From: Octopus bimaculoides
Taxonomy: Eukaryota
Assembly: GCF_001194135.2 (NCBI RefSeq)
Contig: NC_069005.1
Coordinates: forward strand, 9,651,301-9,683,616
DNA length: 32,316 nucleotides
Direction of reading: 5' to 3'
In this document: positions 11,772-21,524 of the stretch, piece by piece
Layout: the number at the start of each line of letters is the position of its first letter
Numbering within the stretch: position 1 is the first letter of the stretch
Position numbers and translations under genes: made by a program
The notes under the pieces: model-generated
The model's input: only the letters and a program-made list of their open reading frames with translations
The model's database searches: none
Told to the model about the DNA's origin: nothing

Positions 11772-12144
11772 CTTTTATTCTTTTATTTGTTTCGGTCATT
11801 TGACTGTGGCCATGCTGGAGCACCGCCTTTAGTCGAACAAATCGGCCCCAGTACTTATTCTTTGTAAGCCTAGTACTTATTCTATCGGTTACTTTTGCTG
11901 AACCGGTAAGTTACGGGGACGTGAACACACCAGCATCGGTTGTCAAGCAATGGTAGGGGACAAACACAGACACACATATATATAGAATGGGCTTCTTTCA
12001 GTTTCCGTCTACCAAATCCACTCGCAAGGCTTTGGTTGGCCCGAGGCTATAGTAGAAGACACTTGCCCAAGATGCCATGCAGTGGGACTGAACCCGGAAC
12101 CATGTGGTTGGTAAGCAAGCTACTTACCACACAGTCACTCCTGC
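11772..12144 (-). mobile_element. tRNA-derived SINE family A
   Basis: Same body and head as 5779-6185. Confidence 0.92.
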
Positions 12145-12254
12145 AATGTTAAAAAAAATTAGGATGATCTTTATAGGAATGTCTGTCAGCATAGGTTTGC
12201 TAGACCTGGGTTTAGCTGGATAAAGCAAAAACAAACATAACTACTTGCAGCATA

Positions 12255-12287
<33 letters not shown>

Positions 12288-13000
12288 TAGGCGTATTTAA
12301 TGGTGGTGTCAGGCAAAAAACAACATGTGCTTAATCTGTGTTGGTCGGAAGAGACTGACAAAATTAATATGGTTGCTGTTCAATTGGAATAAATGTTCTT
12401 GTAATCAACATGCGTCATCCACCAAAACAAGGCAACAGATAAAGACAGAAATAGAAGGAGTCTTCTGGGAGGAAAGTTGATATTCTTTAAATATTCTGAA
12501 AGTGGGGGAAATGGTAAGGATTGAATAGAGTGAGATTATGGCTTCTTGGGAAAGATAATATCTCTGACAATAACAGGTGAGCTGGAAACAATGGACATAT
12601 TTTAACCATTTCTACTGGTCTTTATATTTAAATTAAGATTTATTTCGAGGGGGTGTTTTATCAAAATTCCTTGTAAAAATGTGATCGTTTCTTTTTTGGC
12701 TATTGACTAAAGAATTTCTTGGAGAGAATTCATCAAAAAATTTGAACTAATTCCATGCTAAATATTTTCGACAACAGGCATCTTTCATTGCTCACAAAAC
12801 GGTTGGCATATTGGAATTATTCTTCTCCTGTAATGTTGGTCGATTTTCTCAAGGCACACAAAAACTAGATAAAAATCTGCCACAGAAGCAAACAATAAAA
12901 CTGTAAACAAAATGTCAATTCCAACACTATAACTCAATCCGAGAAAACATTAGAATATATGGTAACGTTATACAGAAGGTGTGTGTTGCTAAAATGAACT

Positions 13001-13280
13001 ATGGAAGGCCAAACTGACATGACAGATTGGTTTTCCGTACATCGCGTGGATAAAAATCATGTAGCTAAGAAGGAAAGCACATTGACTTAGAAGAAAAACC
13101 ATAGGTGCGTTTCTTGTTTAAACATTATATACAAGCTGTTTGTACAGAAATCTGTTTGAAACCGATTGCTGTAAGACAAATGCGAGTTCAACAAGATAGT
13201 GAGTGATGAGCAAGCAGGTGGAAAGAATTCTTTGAACGATAAATCACTGAATGAAATTACTTCAAGTCGACATTCAGCAT
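13001..13280 (+). pseudogene. Decayed reverse-transcriptase N-terminal fragment of an RLE-type (R4/Dong-like) non-LTR retrotransposon
   Basis: One frame from 13001 reads MEGQTDMTDWFSVHRVDKNHVAKKESTLT*KKNHRCVSCLNIIYKLFVQKSV*NRLL*DKCEFNKIVSDEQAGGKNSLNDKSLNEITSSR. This matches the recalled pattern P.W...G.T.L.PK...KNYRPI.CLN..YKL.T....L...C..N.II..EQAGGK. Three in-frame stops. Confidence 0.7.
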
Positions 13281-13437
13281 GAGAAAAACAACAGCTTAAG
13301 TTGGCATCCACATATTTCATTGAATAAGAACTGAAAACCTCATTATTAGTGAAATGTGCTAATTATTTCACTTACTCATTTGCTTTGTGGTTATCTAACT
13401 AAATGCACAATTACTATGGAGAGGTATTTCCCCCTCA

Positions 13438-13687
13438 GTCCATCACCATCGTTTTAACATCTTATTTTCCCATGATTCCATGGGTCAGACGGCATTTGTT
13501 GTGGTGCAGGGTGTTTTTCTGTGGCTGAATACCCTTCCTGTCACCAACCCTCAACTGTTTCTGTGTAAGCTGATCTTTCCCCATGACCGGACATGTTTTC
13601 ATGGAAGATTGGAAACAAGGGGCACTGGTCCTCATGATTTGACTGGTACCCTTTTTCATCACATGATGCCACGATAAGGAGACAGTA

Positions 13688-13690
<3 letters not shown>
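13438..13690 (-). mobile_element. Degraded (GAT)n-tailed retroposon related to family D
   Basis: catcaccatcgttttaacatc...ccatg...ctgaatacccttcctgtcaccaacc parallels the family D tail. Confidence 0.6.
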
Positions 13691-13718
<28 letters not shown>

Positions 13719-13839
13719 TGCTTAAATTTTTATATATATTATCACCATGTATATATGGATATCACCAACAGTATCATCATCATCATCGTTTAACATACTC
13801 CTTCCACTAAGCCATGTGCCTTCAATTCTTCAATTGTGT

Positions 13840-14404
13840 ATCATCATCACCATCATCGTTTAACGTCCACTTTCCATGCTAGCATGGGTTGGACGATTTG
13901 ATTGAGGACTGGTGAAACCCGATGGCTACACCAGGCTCCAATCTGATTTGGCAGAGTTTCTACAGCTGGATGCCCTTCCTAACGCCAACCACTCAGAGAG
14001 TGTAGTGGGTGCTTTTACGTGCCACCGGCACGAAGGCCAGTCATGCGGTACTGGCAACGGCCACACTCAAAATGGTGTATTTTATGTGCCACCCACACAA
14101 GAGCCAGTCCAGGGGCACTGGCAACGCTCTCGCTCGAAAATCCTTACATATGTTATGGGCACAAGTGCCAGAAAGGTGACGCTGGGCACAGGTGCCATCC
14201 CGATTTCACTTTCACTTGCCCCAACAGGTCTTCGCAAGCTGAGTTTTGTGTCCAATGAAGGAGACGACATTGGCATGGGTGCCTGTCGTCGAATTTAGTT
14301 CGATTTTGATTTAACTTGCCTCAACAAGTCTTCGCAAGCGGAGTTTAGTGTCCAATGAAGGAAAGGGACGTATAAGTGGGCTGGCTACACCCCTGGCAGA
14401 GGCC
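13840..14404 (-). mobile_element. Long family D element: two ~100-bp units, several ~65-bp units, RTE-type tail and (GAT)n
   Basis: Internal duplication cttgcc(c/t)caaca(g/a)gtcttcgcaagc(t/g)gagttt(t/a)gtgtccaatgaagga at about 14214 and 14315. Tail shared with 28972-29128. Confidence 0.8.
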
Positions 14405-14661
14405 TTGAATTTAGGTCTGATGAGATGAGGATTCAGTTATCTGACCGACTGAATTACCTGCTCCTTAATTTACATGCAACATGTAAGGGGCCAAGCATTC
14501 TGCACATGCATGCCCCCTTATGTTATCCTCAGAATGTGCATTTATGTTTCCACATATATGTGTAGGTAAAGTGCCTGTATGTATAAATGTGCAGATATGT
14601 ATATACACACACACACACACACATGTGCATGTGTGTGAGTTTGTGTGTGTACACGCATATG

Positions 14662-14721
<60 letters not shown>

Positions 14722-14919
14722 GCATATACAAATCTACACACACAGACATGTGTTTGCATGCATACGCATGAATATATATACATGTATTGTTCTCTCTAAT
14801 GTATTTGATGCCAAATATTGGTTTTCCATGTTTTCCGATGCCATCTGCCAGATTAAAGGAATTTCACAAAGAACAGCCAATTGCAAAATTTCTGTTAATT
14901 TCTTCATTAGATTTATGAT

Positions 14920-15016
14920 GACGATGACAACGATCATAGTTGCGACATTGACAACAATGACGGCAGCAATGAAGGTGACAGTGATAGTAATGGCAGTAGT
15001 AGTATTAGTAGTAGTG

Positions 15017-15061
<45 letters not shown>

Positions 15062-15770
15062 ATGGTAGTAGTAGTAGTAGTAATGGTAGTAGTAGTAGTA
15101 GTAATGGTGGTAGTAGTGGTAATGGTAATAGTAGTAGTAGTAGTAGTAGAAGTAATGGTTGTAGTAGTAGTAATGATGGTAGTAGTGGTAATGGTGGTAG
15201 TAGTAGTAGTAGTAGTAATGGTGGTAGTAGTGGTAGTGGTGGTAGTAGTAGTAGTAGTAATGGTGGTAGTAGTGGTAATGGTGGTGGTAGTAGTAGTAGT
15301 AGTAGTGGTAATGGTAGTGGTAATGGTAGTAGTAGTGGTGGTGGTGGTGGTAGTGGAGGTGGTGGTGATGGTGTTGTGGACAATAATGATGATGACGATG
15401 ACGATGATGATGGTAGTGTTGCTTGTGATGATGTGGACGTCGCATGGTGATGGTGAAACTATAGTATTGGCACAGCAGTGTGGCATCGGTGATGCTCTTA
15501 GTGGTGGTGGCGGTGGTGGTGTTGGTGATGGTTGTGATGGTGGTGGCAGTGAATATGATTGGTTGTTTGGTGGCTATGGTGATCGTTGTGTTGTTGCTTT
15601 TAGTGGTGGTGGTGGTCGTTGTGGTGGTGGTGGTTGTGGTTGTGGTGGTGGTGTTGGTGATGGTGCAGATAGTAATGAACATCTTTGCTGGTGGTATGTC
15701 TGGTGCTGAAGAGCAGTAATGGTTGTCGATGGTGACGGATGGTGGTTTGTTGTGTTGATGGTTGGTCATT
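14920..15770. repeat. (GTA)n/(GGT)n/(GAT)n trinucleotide tract
   Basis: Directly visible. It produces the 354-aa poly-V, 250-aa poly-T and 356-aa poly-Y/H pseudo-ORFs. Confidence 0.95.
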
Positions 15771-15986
15771 GTTCCATTTATATGATATTCTCCGGCATAC
15801 GAGTAAAATTTTTCAAACCTAAATTCACAGCCAAAGGAAAGCAGATCCACTTTTACACCAAGACGACTTTGGAGGACCAAAAATTCCATGTGAAATACAG
15901 CAGGATTAGGAAAGATAGGGACAATATTAGAAAGTCTACACCACATGTTTACACTACAGACTATATGTGTGTGTGTGTGTGTATAT

Positions 15987-16054
<68 letters not shown>

Positions 16055-16060
<6 letters not shown>

Positions 16061-16430
16061 TACAAAATGGGACAAGAATGCAAAACATCCAGACAGTTAG
16101 GTGATACAAGAAAGGGACAACAAAACATCCAGATAGACGATACAAAGAAAACAAGGAGAGGTCATTCGGAGTTTTCTTTCGTCAGTCGAGATCCAGATTA
16201 TCTTTGCAATTTCAGCTGGTTATTCTCGATATTGCTTCAATCTGGCCAGCCCCAAGGAAAAACTAAGCCAAGAGCATTAAATTCCTTGGAAGAAAGCAGC
16301 GTATGTATACAAAAACAAGGTCGGGAAAAAATGAACAATGTTACACAAATACAATAAAAATAATAGCAGGACATAACAATAGGTGTCTTTCGACTAAGGA
16401 TGAATTAAATTAAGCTGGCGTGTGGAGAGA
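16055..16430. repeat. Probable interspersed repeat of unassigned class
   Basis: Non-microsatellite block with an internal aaaacatccaga duplication, bounded by (TA)n and (GA)n. Class not determinable from this window. Confidence 0.35.
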
Positions 16431-16444
16431 GAGATACATACATA

Positions 16445-16735
16445 CAGAGTGTGGTGAATATATTGTCGTCTAAGTTATGCAAAAATGAAAATAACACTGA
16501 TATCTCATTTTAACAGATATATTTAACAAAATTACATAAAAATATCTGGAAATACTAAGGAGTAAATTTATTCAGTAAAATTGTCATTGGCTTCAACCAT
16601 GACCTCCAGGCGACTTTGGAATCTCCTGCAACTCTTCTAGATGGTCCCCTTGTTTAAGTTGGTGAATGCTGCCATAATCCTTGCCTTCAGTTCATCTTTG
16701 GTGTTACAAGGAGTTTTGTTGGTCTCTCTCTCAAC
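16445..16735 (-). mobile_element. Tc1/mariner remnant: transposase C-terminus plus one terminus
   Basis: Minus frame 16735-16568 reads VERETNKTPCNTKDELKARIMAAFTNLNKGTI*KSCRRFQSRLEVMVEANDNFTE*, typical of the region after SPDLNP in Tc1/mariner (maT-like) transposases. The element end cagagtgtgg follows TA at 16443-16444. Confidence 0.82.
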
Positions 16736-16762
16736 TGGTGAGGTTGTACCTCCACTCATCAG

Positions 16763-16897
16763 TTTGGCAAAAGAGACTGATAAAATAATTACCAGGCTTA
16801 TAAAAAGTAAGTTCTGGGGTTGATTTCTTCAACTAAAAACCTTTTAGAGAAGTGCTTCAGCATGGCCACAGTCAAATGACTGAAACAATTAAAAGAG
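16763..16897 (+). mobile_element. SINE family A 3' tail fragment
   Basis: ggcaaaagagactga...cagcatggccacagtcaaatgactgaaacaa. Confidence 0.8.
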
Positions 16898-17007
16898 TAT
16901 ATATATATATATTAAATATATATTTTTTATAACCAAAAAATTTGGTAAAAATATAGTATCTGTTAACAATCTTAGCAAAAACTCACAGTTGAGTTTTTGA
17001 ATATATA

Positions 17008-17417
17008 TCAACTTTAAATAGAGCTCAAAATTGATCCGTTGAAAATACTTTATTACGACAACAATAACAATAACAATAACATTTGGGATGGAAAGTCGTG
17101 TGCCATCTATTACTTTTTCATCCTGTTTTGTATATTTTCATGGGTCAACTATGAAAATTAGATTTGAATGGTTTCTGTTTTTTTTTGGATGTGTATTGCT
17201 AATAATAATGATGGTGATGATAGCAATAATAATGGGACCCTGAGGAGATGGAGTATCCTATATTTTATAATATTTTATAATATTTTATGATATGTATTAA
17301 TCATTCTGGATGTTCTATCGAAATGTACATAGGTCTATTTATTTGTTATTATTATTGTTATTGTTGTTGTAATAAAGTATTTTCAACAGATCAATTTTGA
17401 GCTCTATTTAAAGTCGA
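17008..17417. mobile_element. MITE-like element with 73-bp terminal inverted repeats, inserted in (TA)n
   Basis: 17009-17081 versus the reverse complement of 17344-17416 shows 4 mismatches in 73 bp. TA repeats on both sides. No ORF. Confidence 0.85.
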
Positions 17418-17504
17418 TATATATATGGGTGTGTGTATAATATATATGTGTGTGTGTGAGGTGGGGTATGTGTGTGTGTATGTATGTATTTATATGCATA
17501 TGTG

Positions 17505-17715
17505 TGTGTGTGTTTGCCACCCCTTCCACTGCTTGACAGCCAGTGTTGGTTTGTTTACATCGCTGTATCTTAATGGTTCGGCAAAAGAGGCACATAGAAT
17601 AACTACTTGATTGAAAAAAATAAGTTCTGGGGTTCATTTGTTCAACTAAAACCTTGAAGTGTAGTCCTCCAGTATGGCCACAAGCAGTCCAATAACTGAA
17701 ACAAGTAAAAGACAA
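17505..17715 (+). mobile_element. SINE family A 3' half (diverged)
   Basis: gcttgacagccagtgttggtttgtttacatc...ggttcggcaaaagag...ccagtatggccaca...ctgaaacaagtaaaag. Confidence 0.8.
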
Positions 17716-18027
17716 AAAAAATAAATAATAAATAAAAATAAAAATCAGAAAGATAAAAGACTTTCAAATACAGATTATCATTTTTCAATTATCTTAATCT
17801 CTCAACAGACTATCTTTATGAGATTTACAGATTGGATTTCATTTTTCAAATATTTAAAGAAGATCTAAGAGCGTTCGGTATATCCCAACCTAAATCTTTA
17901 AATATTTACTGTTCTAAGAAGCCTTTACAATTCTGTATTTATTTTACTTTCTCTGATATTGAAAAGAAATCATTATTATTATCAGAATAATAATAATAAT
18001 AATAATAATAATTATTATTATTATTAC

Positions 18028-18235
18028 TCTTTTACTCTTTTACTTGTTTCAGTCGTTTGACTGCGGCCATGCTGGAGCACTGCCTTTAGTCGAGCAAATC
18101 AACCCCAGGACTTATTCTTTGGAAGCTTAGCACTTATTCTATCGGTCTCTTTTGCCGAACCACTAAGTTACGGGGATGTAAACACACCAGCATCGGTTGT
18201 CAAGCGATGTTGGGGGGACAACCACAGACACACAA

Positions 18236-18285
<50 letters not shown>

Positions 18286-18305
18286 GATGGGCTTCTTTCA
18301 GTTTT
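18028..18305 (-). mobile_element. SINE family A, head lost in gap
   Basis: Matches 5779-6030. Confidence 0.9.
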
Positions 18306-18497
18306 NNNNNNNNNNNNNNNNNNNNNNNNNNNNNNNNNNNNNNNNNNNNNNNNNNNNNNNNNNNNNNNNNNNNNNNNNNNNNNNNNNNNNNNNNNNNNNN
18401 NNNNNNNNNNNNNNNNNNNNNNNNNNNNNNNNNNNNNNNNNNNNNNNNNNNNNNNNNNNNNNNNNNNNNNNNNNNNNNNNNNNNNNNNNNNNNNNNN

Positions 18498-18903
18498 TTA
18501 TTGCCTTTGCACAGCTTCTAATGCTAGAGATGTACTACAGTGTCAGCTGTTCACTACCAGTGAACTAAGGTAACACCTCTTATTTTTTGAGCACCTTCTG
18601 GAGTATTCGAGCGGTTCCAAGCATTGCTGTTTTCTGCAAGTGCTCCACCCTTATTGCAGCCCCTATTTGTTCCACATACTTCTCAAGATTTTTGCTCACT
18701 GTTCCCAGGGCTCTGACAATTATTGGTACTACTGCTACCTTTTTCATTGACCACAACTGCTTAACTTCCCAAGCTAACCTGTCATATCTTTCAACTTTTC
18801 TTTCTTCCTTATCGCATACCTTGTTGTCAGCTGGGCATGCTATGTCCATGATCCAGCATAGTTTATTTTCTTTCTCAATTAAAACTATGTCTGACTTCCT
18901 ATT
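18498..18903 (-). mobile_element. 5'-truncated R4/Dong-like non-LTR retrotransposon: RLE endonuclease C-terminus and 3' UTR
   Basis: Frame 18903-18580 reads NRKSDIVLIEKENKLCWIMDIACPADNKVCDKEERKVERYDRLAWEVKQLWSMKKVAVVPIIVRALGTV...GTARILQKVLKK*, matching the PD..D.A.P...KE.EK..KY..L..E RLE pattern. It begins directly after a (TAA)n tract. 3' UTR hairpin gttcact-acc-agtgaac (18549-18565). Confidence 0.85.
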
Positions 18904-18904
18904 C

Positions 18905-18906
<2 letters not shown>

Positions 18907-18955
<49 letters not shown>

Positions 18956-18963
18956 TACTACTA
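18907..18963. repeat. (TAT)n/(TAA)n microsatellite
   Basis: Directly visible. Confidence 0.97.
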
Positions 18964-19040
18964 TTGAGTGAGGAAGCAGTGCATGCCATCAAAGTGGCAC
19001 TGGGGTAAAATATACAAAGCCCAGTATACCCATCATGACT

Positions 19041-19085
19041 ACACCTGATGAAGGCTGGAGGGTATATTAGCTGAAACGCTGTGTT
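19041..19085 (+). ncRNA. Degenerate copy of the 8322-8367 hammerhead motif
   Basis: ACAC-CTGATGA-A-GGCTG..TAGCT-GAAAC-GCT-GTGT. Stem II has two G.U pairs and U16.1 is changed to C, so it is unlikely to be cleaved. Confidence 0.5.
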
Positions 19086-19132
19086 AACAACAAACCAGAT
19101 GAGGACGAATATCCGTCAAATGTAAATAATGT

Positions 19133-19230
19133 ACAGTGTTGGTTTGTTTATGCCCCTGTAACTTAGTAGTTCAGGAAATAAAGGACCAATAGAATAAGTA
19201 CCTGACTAAAAAAAATAAGCCCTAGGGTCC
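19133..19230 (+). mobile_element. SINE family A 3' fragment
   Basis: gtgttggtttgtttatgcccctgtaacttagtagttc...gaccaatagaataagtacc. Confidence 0.7.
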
Positions 19231-19456
19231 TGCGATGGGTTGGCACCCTAACCAATGTAGCAGGTGTGCCACAGAACCTGAGGAACCAGCCTTAACAGCC
19301 TATGTTTTTGGTGGGAGCATTAATCTTTTGATCGCCAAGGTTCTTCAGCAAACCAGGACATCAGCACCCAGCTGTGCCTTGCTGAACCCATTTTTTGATG
19401 ATGAGACAGTCTACCCCAATTGATCCCTAAACACCTGTTTCTGTTCTCTGTTTCAG

Positions 19457-19525
19457 TATCTCTCGAGAATCCAGTGTGTCGTCAGGGTCTGCATCTCCAC
19501 AGCACAGGTGTAAAAGAAAATCAAG
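19457..19525 (+). CDS. Candidate isolated 69-nt internal exon of an unidentified gene
   Basis: Strong acceptor ctgtttctgttctctgtttcag and consensus donor AAG/gtaagt. Length is a multiple of 3. Two open frames (ISRESSVSSGSASPQHRCKRKS or SLENPVCRQGLHLHSTGVKENQ). No homology recognised. Confidence 0.4.
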
Positions 19526-19633
19526 GTAAGTCTCGATTACTTCATTTCTTTTTGCTCTTCTCCTTTTTCCTCTGCTCTTTCTTCTTTGTCTTTATTTTGT
19601 CTGTTTGAACTCGAGTCAATGCTTAGGTCAACT

Positions 19634-19999
19634 GGAGTCAACATATTTGAACCAACGTATTTGAGTCAATGTATATGAGTCAACATATTTGAACCAATGT
19701 ATTTGACTCAACATATTTGAACCAACATATTTGAGTCAAAGTGTTTGAGTCAACGTATTTAAACCAACGTATTTGAGTCAACGTATTTGAACTAACATGT
19801 TCGAGTCAATGTATTTGAACCAACATGTTCGAGTCAATGTATACAAGTCAATGTATTCAAACTAACATATTTGAGTCAACGTGTTTGAGTCACAGTCTTT
19901 GAGTCAATGTATTTGAGTCAATGTGTTTGAGTCATTGTATTTGAGTCATTATATTTGAGTCATTGTATTTGAGTCACCATATTTGAGTCAATGTATTTG
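19634..19999. repeat. 14-bp minisatellite, 26 in-register units, consensus TGAGTCAAYRTATT
   Basis: Units counted at exact 14-bp spacing from 19634 to 19984. 15 units contain TGA(G/C)TCA. Confidence 0.95.
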
Positions 20000-20372
20000 T
20001 TCGCTCAAGGCACTGACACAGAAGGGGTAGACCTAGAATCTTATAATTTGAATGGGATTATTGTAATCCTAAACTCAAATCCCCACATAAGAAGAGATAT
20101 TGTTATTGTTGTTGTGGCTGTTTAGTGCTATGTCTACCTTGACCAGTTGTGCTTTAGTTTAGACAAGTCCATCCTTTTGCACATTATTATTTAATGGGGC
20201 TATTATTTTTAGAAGACATCAGAATGCCAACCGAGGGCAATTTGGTTGTTTCTTTTAGCATGTTAAACATGTGTGTGCATGTGTACTGGAGGAGGTGGGT
20301 GGTGAGGGTTGAATGGTTGCAAACTTCTCACTTACTGACATGTGAAATTCTTGTCTATCTGTATGTCTGTAT

Positions 20373-20405
<33 letters not shown>

Positions 20406-21202
20406 CTCTCTCTCAGTTTGGTATTACCTCTTACTGGCCCTCCCTTTTTGCCTTCTCTCTCCTCCCATACATCATCACCCATCCTATCACACACACACAG
20501 AGGAATCACAAGGGTATCCATCAATGGGATGAAAGAAACTGTGTGTGTGTGTGTGTGTGAGGTAGAGTAATAATGTGATTTGCATGTGTATGCATGTGAA
20601 CTTGAAAATCTATGTATATATATATATATATNNNNNNNNNNNNNNNNNNNNNNNNNNNNNNNNNNNNNNNNNNNNNNNNNNNNNNNNNNNNNNNNNNNNN
20701 NNNNNNNNNNNNNNNNNNNNNNNNNNNNNNNNNNNNNNNNNNNNNNNNNNNNNNNNNNNNNNNNNNNNNNNNNNNNNNNNNNNNNNNNNNNNNNNNNNNN
20801 NNNNNNNNNNNNNNNNNNNNNNNNNNNNNNNNNNNNNNNNNNNNNNNNNNNNNNNNNNNNNNNNNNNNNNNNNNNNNNNNNNNNNNNNNNNNNNNNNNNN
20901 NNNNNNNNNNNNNNNNNNNNNNNNNNNNNNNNNNNNNNNNNNNNNNNNNNNNNNNNNNNNNNNNNNNNNNNNNNNNNNNNNNNNNNNNNNNNNNNNNNNN
21001 NNNNNNNNNNNNNNNNNNNNNNNNNNNNNNNNNNNNNNNNNNNNNNNNNNNNNNNNNNNNNNNNNNNNNNNNNNNNNNNNNNNNNNNNNNNNNNNNNNNN
21101 NNNNTATATATATAAATGGCAAATGAAAGACGGAAGATGAAATATACCAGTAAGCTACCAGGTGTAAACCATTCGTTTTATCATCTATCTATCTATTTAT
21201 CT

Positions 21203-21432
21203 TTCTTTATTGCCCACAAGGGGCTACACACAGAGGGAGCAGACAAGGACAGACAAACGGATTAAGTCGATTATATTGAATCCAGTGCGTAACTGGTACT
21301 TATTTAATCGACCCCAAAAGGATGAAAGGCAAAGTCGACCTCAGCAGAATTTGAACTCAGAACGTAATGGCAGACAAAATACTGCTAAGCATTTTGCCCG
21401 GTGTGCTAACTTTTCTGTCAGCTCACCGCCTT
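21203..21432 (-). mobile_element. tRNA-derived SINE family B (Nin/Deu-domain-like core)
   Basis: Minus strand aaggcggtgagctgacagaaaagttagcacaccggg...gagttcaaattctgctgaggtcgactttgcctttcatccttttggggtcgattaaataagtaccag. Confidence 0.85.
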
Positions 21433-21477
21433 ATCTATCTATCTATCTATCTATCTATCTCTCTATCTATCTATCTA

Positions 21478-21524
<47 letters not shown>

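Noticed and set aside
14412-14460. aggt-CTGATGA...acct hammerhead-like start
   Set aside because: The GAAA half of the core is missing.
14645-16075. Long ORFs (354 aa poly-V, 250 aa poly-T mucin-like, 356 aa poly-Y/H)
   Set aside because: They read through (TA)n and (GTA)n/(GGT)n tracts, are open in several frames on both strands, and have no splice or domain evidence.
16155-16190. CTGACGA on the minus strand as a further hammerhead
   Set aside because: No convincing stem II and GAAT instead of GAAA; at most a degenerate relic.
19634-19999. CRISPR-like array
   Set aside because: Contiguous 14-bp units with no unique spacers, eukaryotic context and no cas genes.
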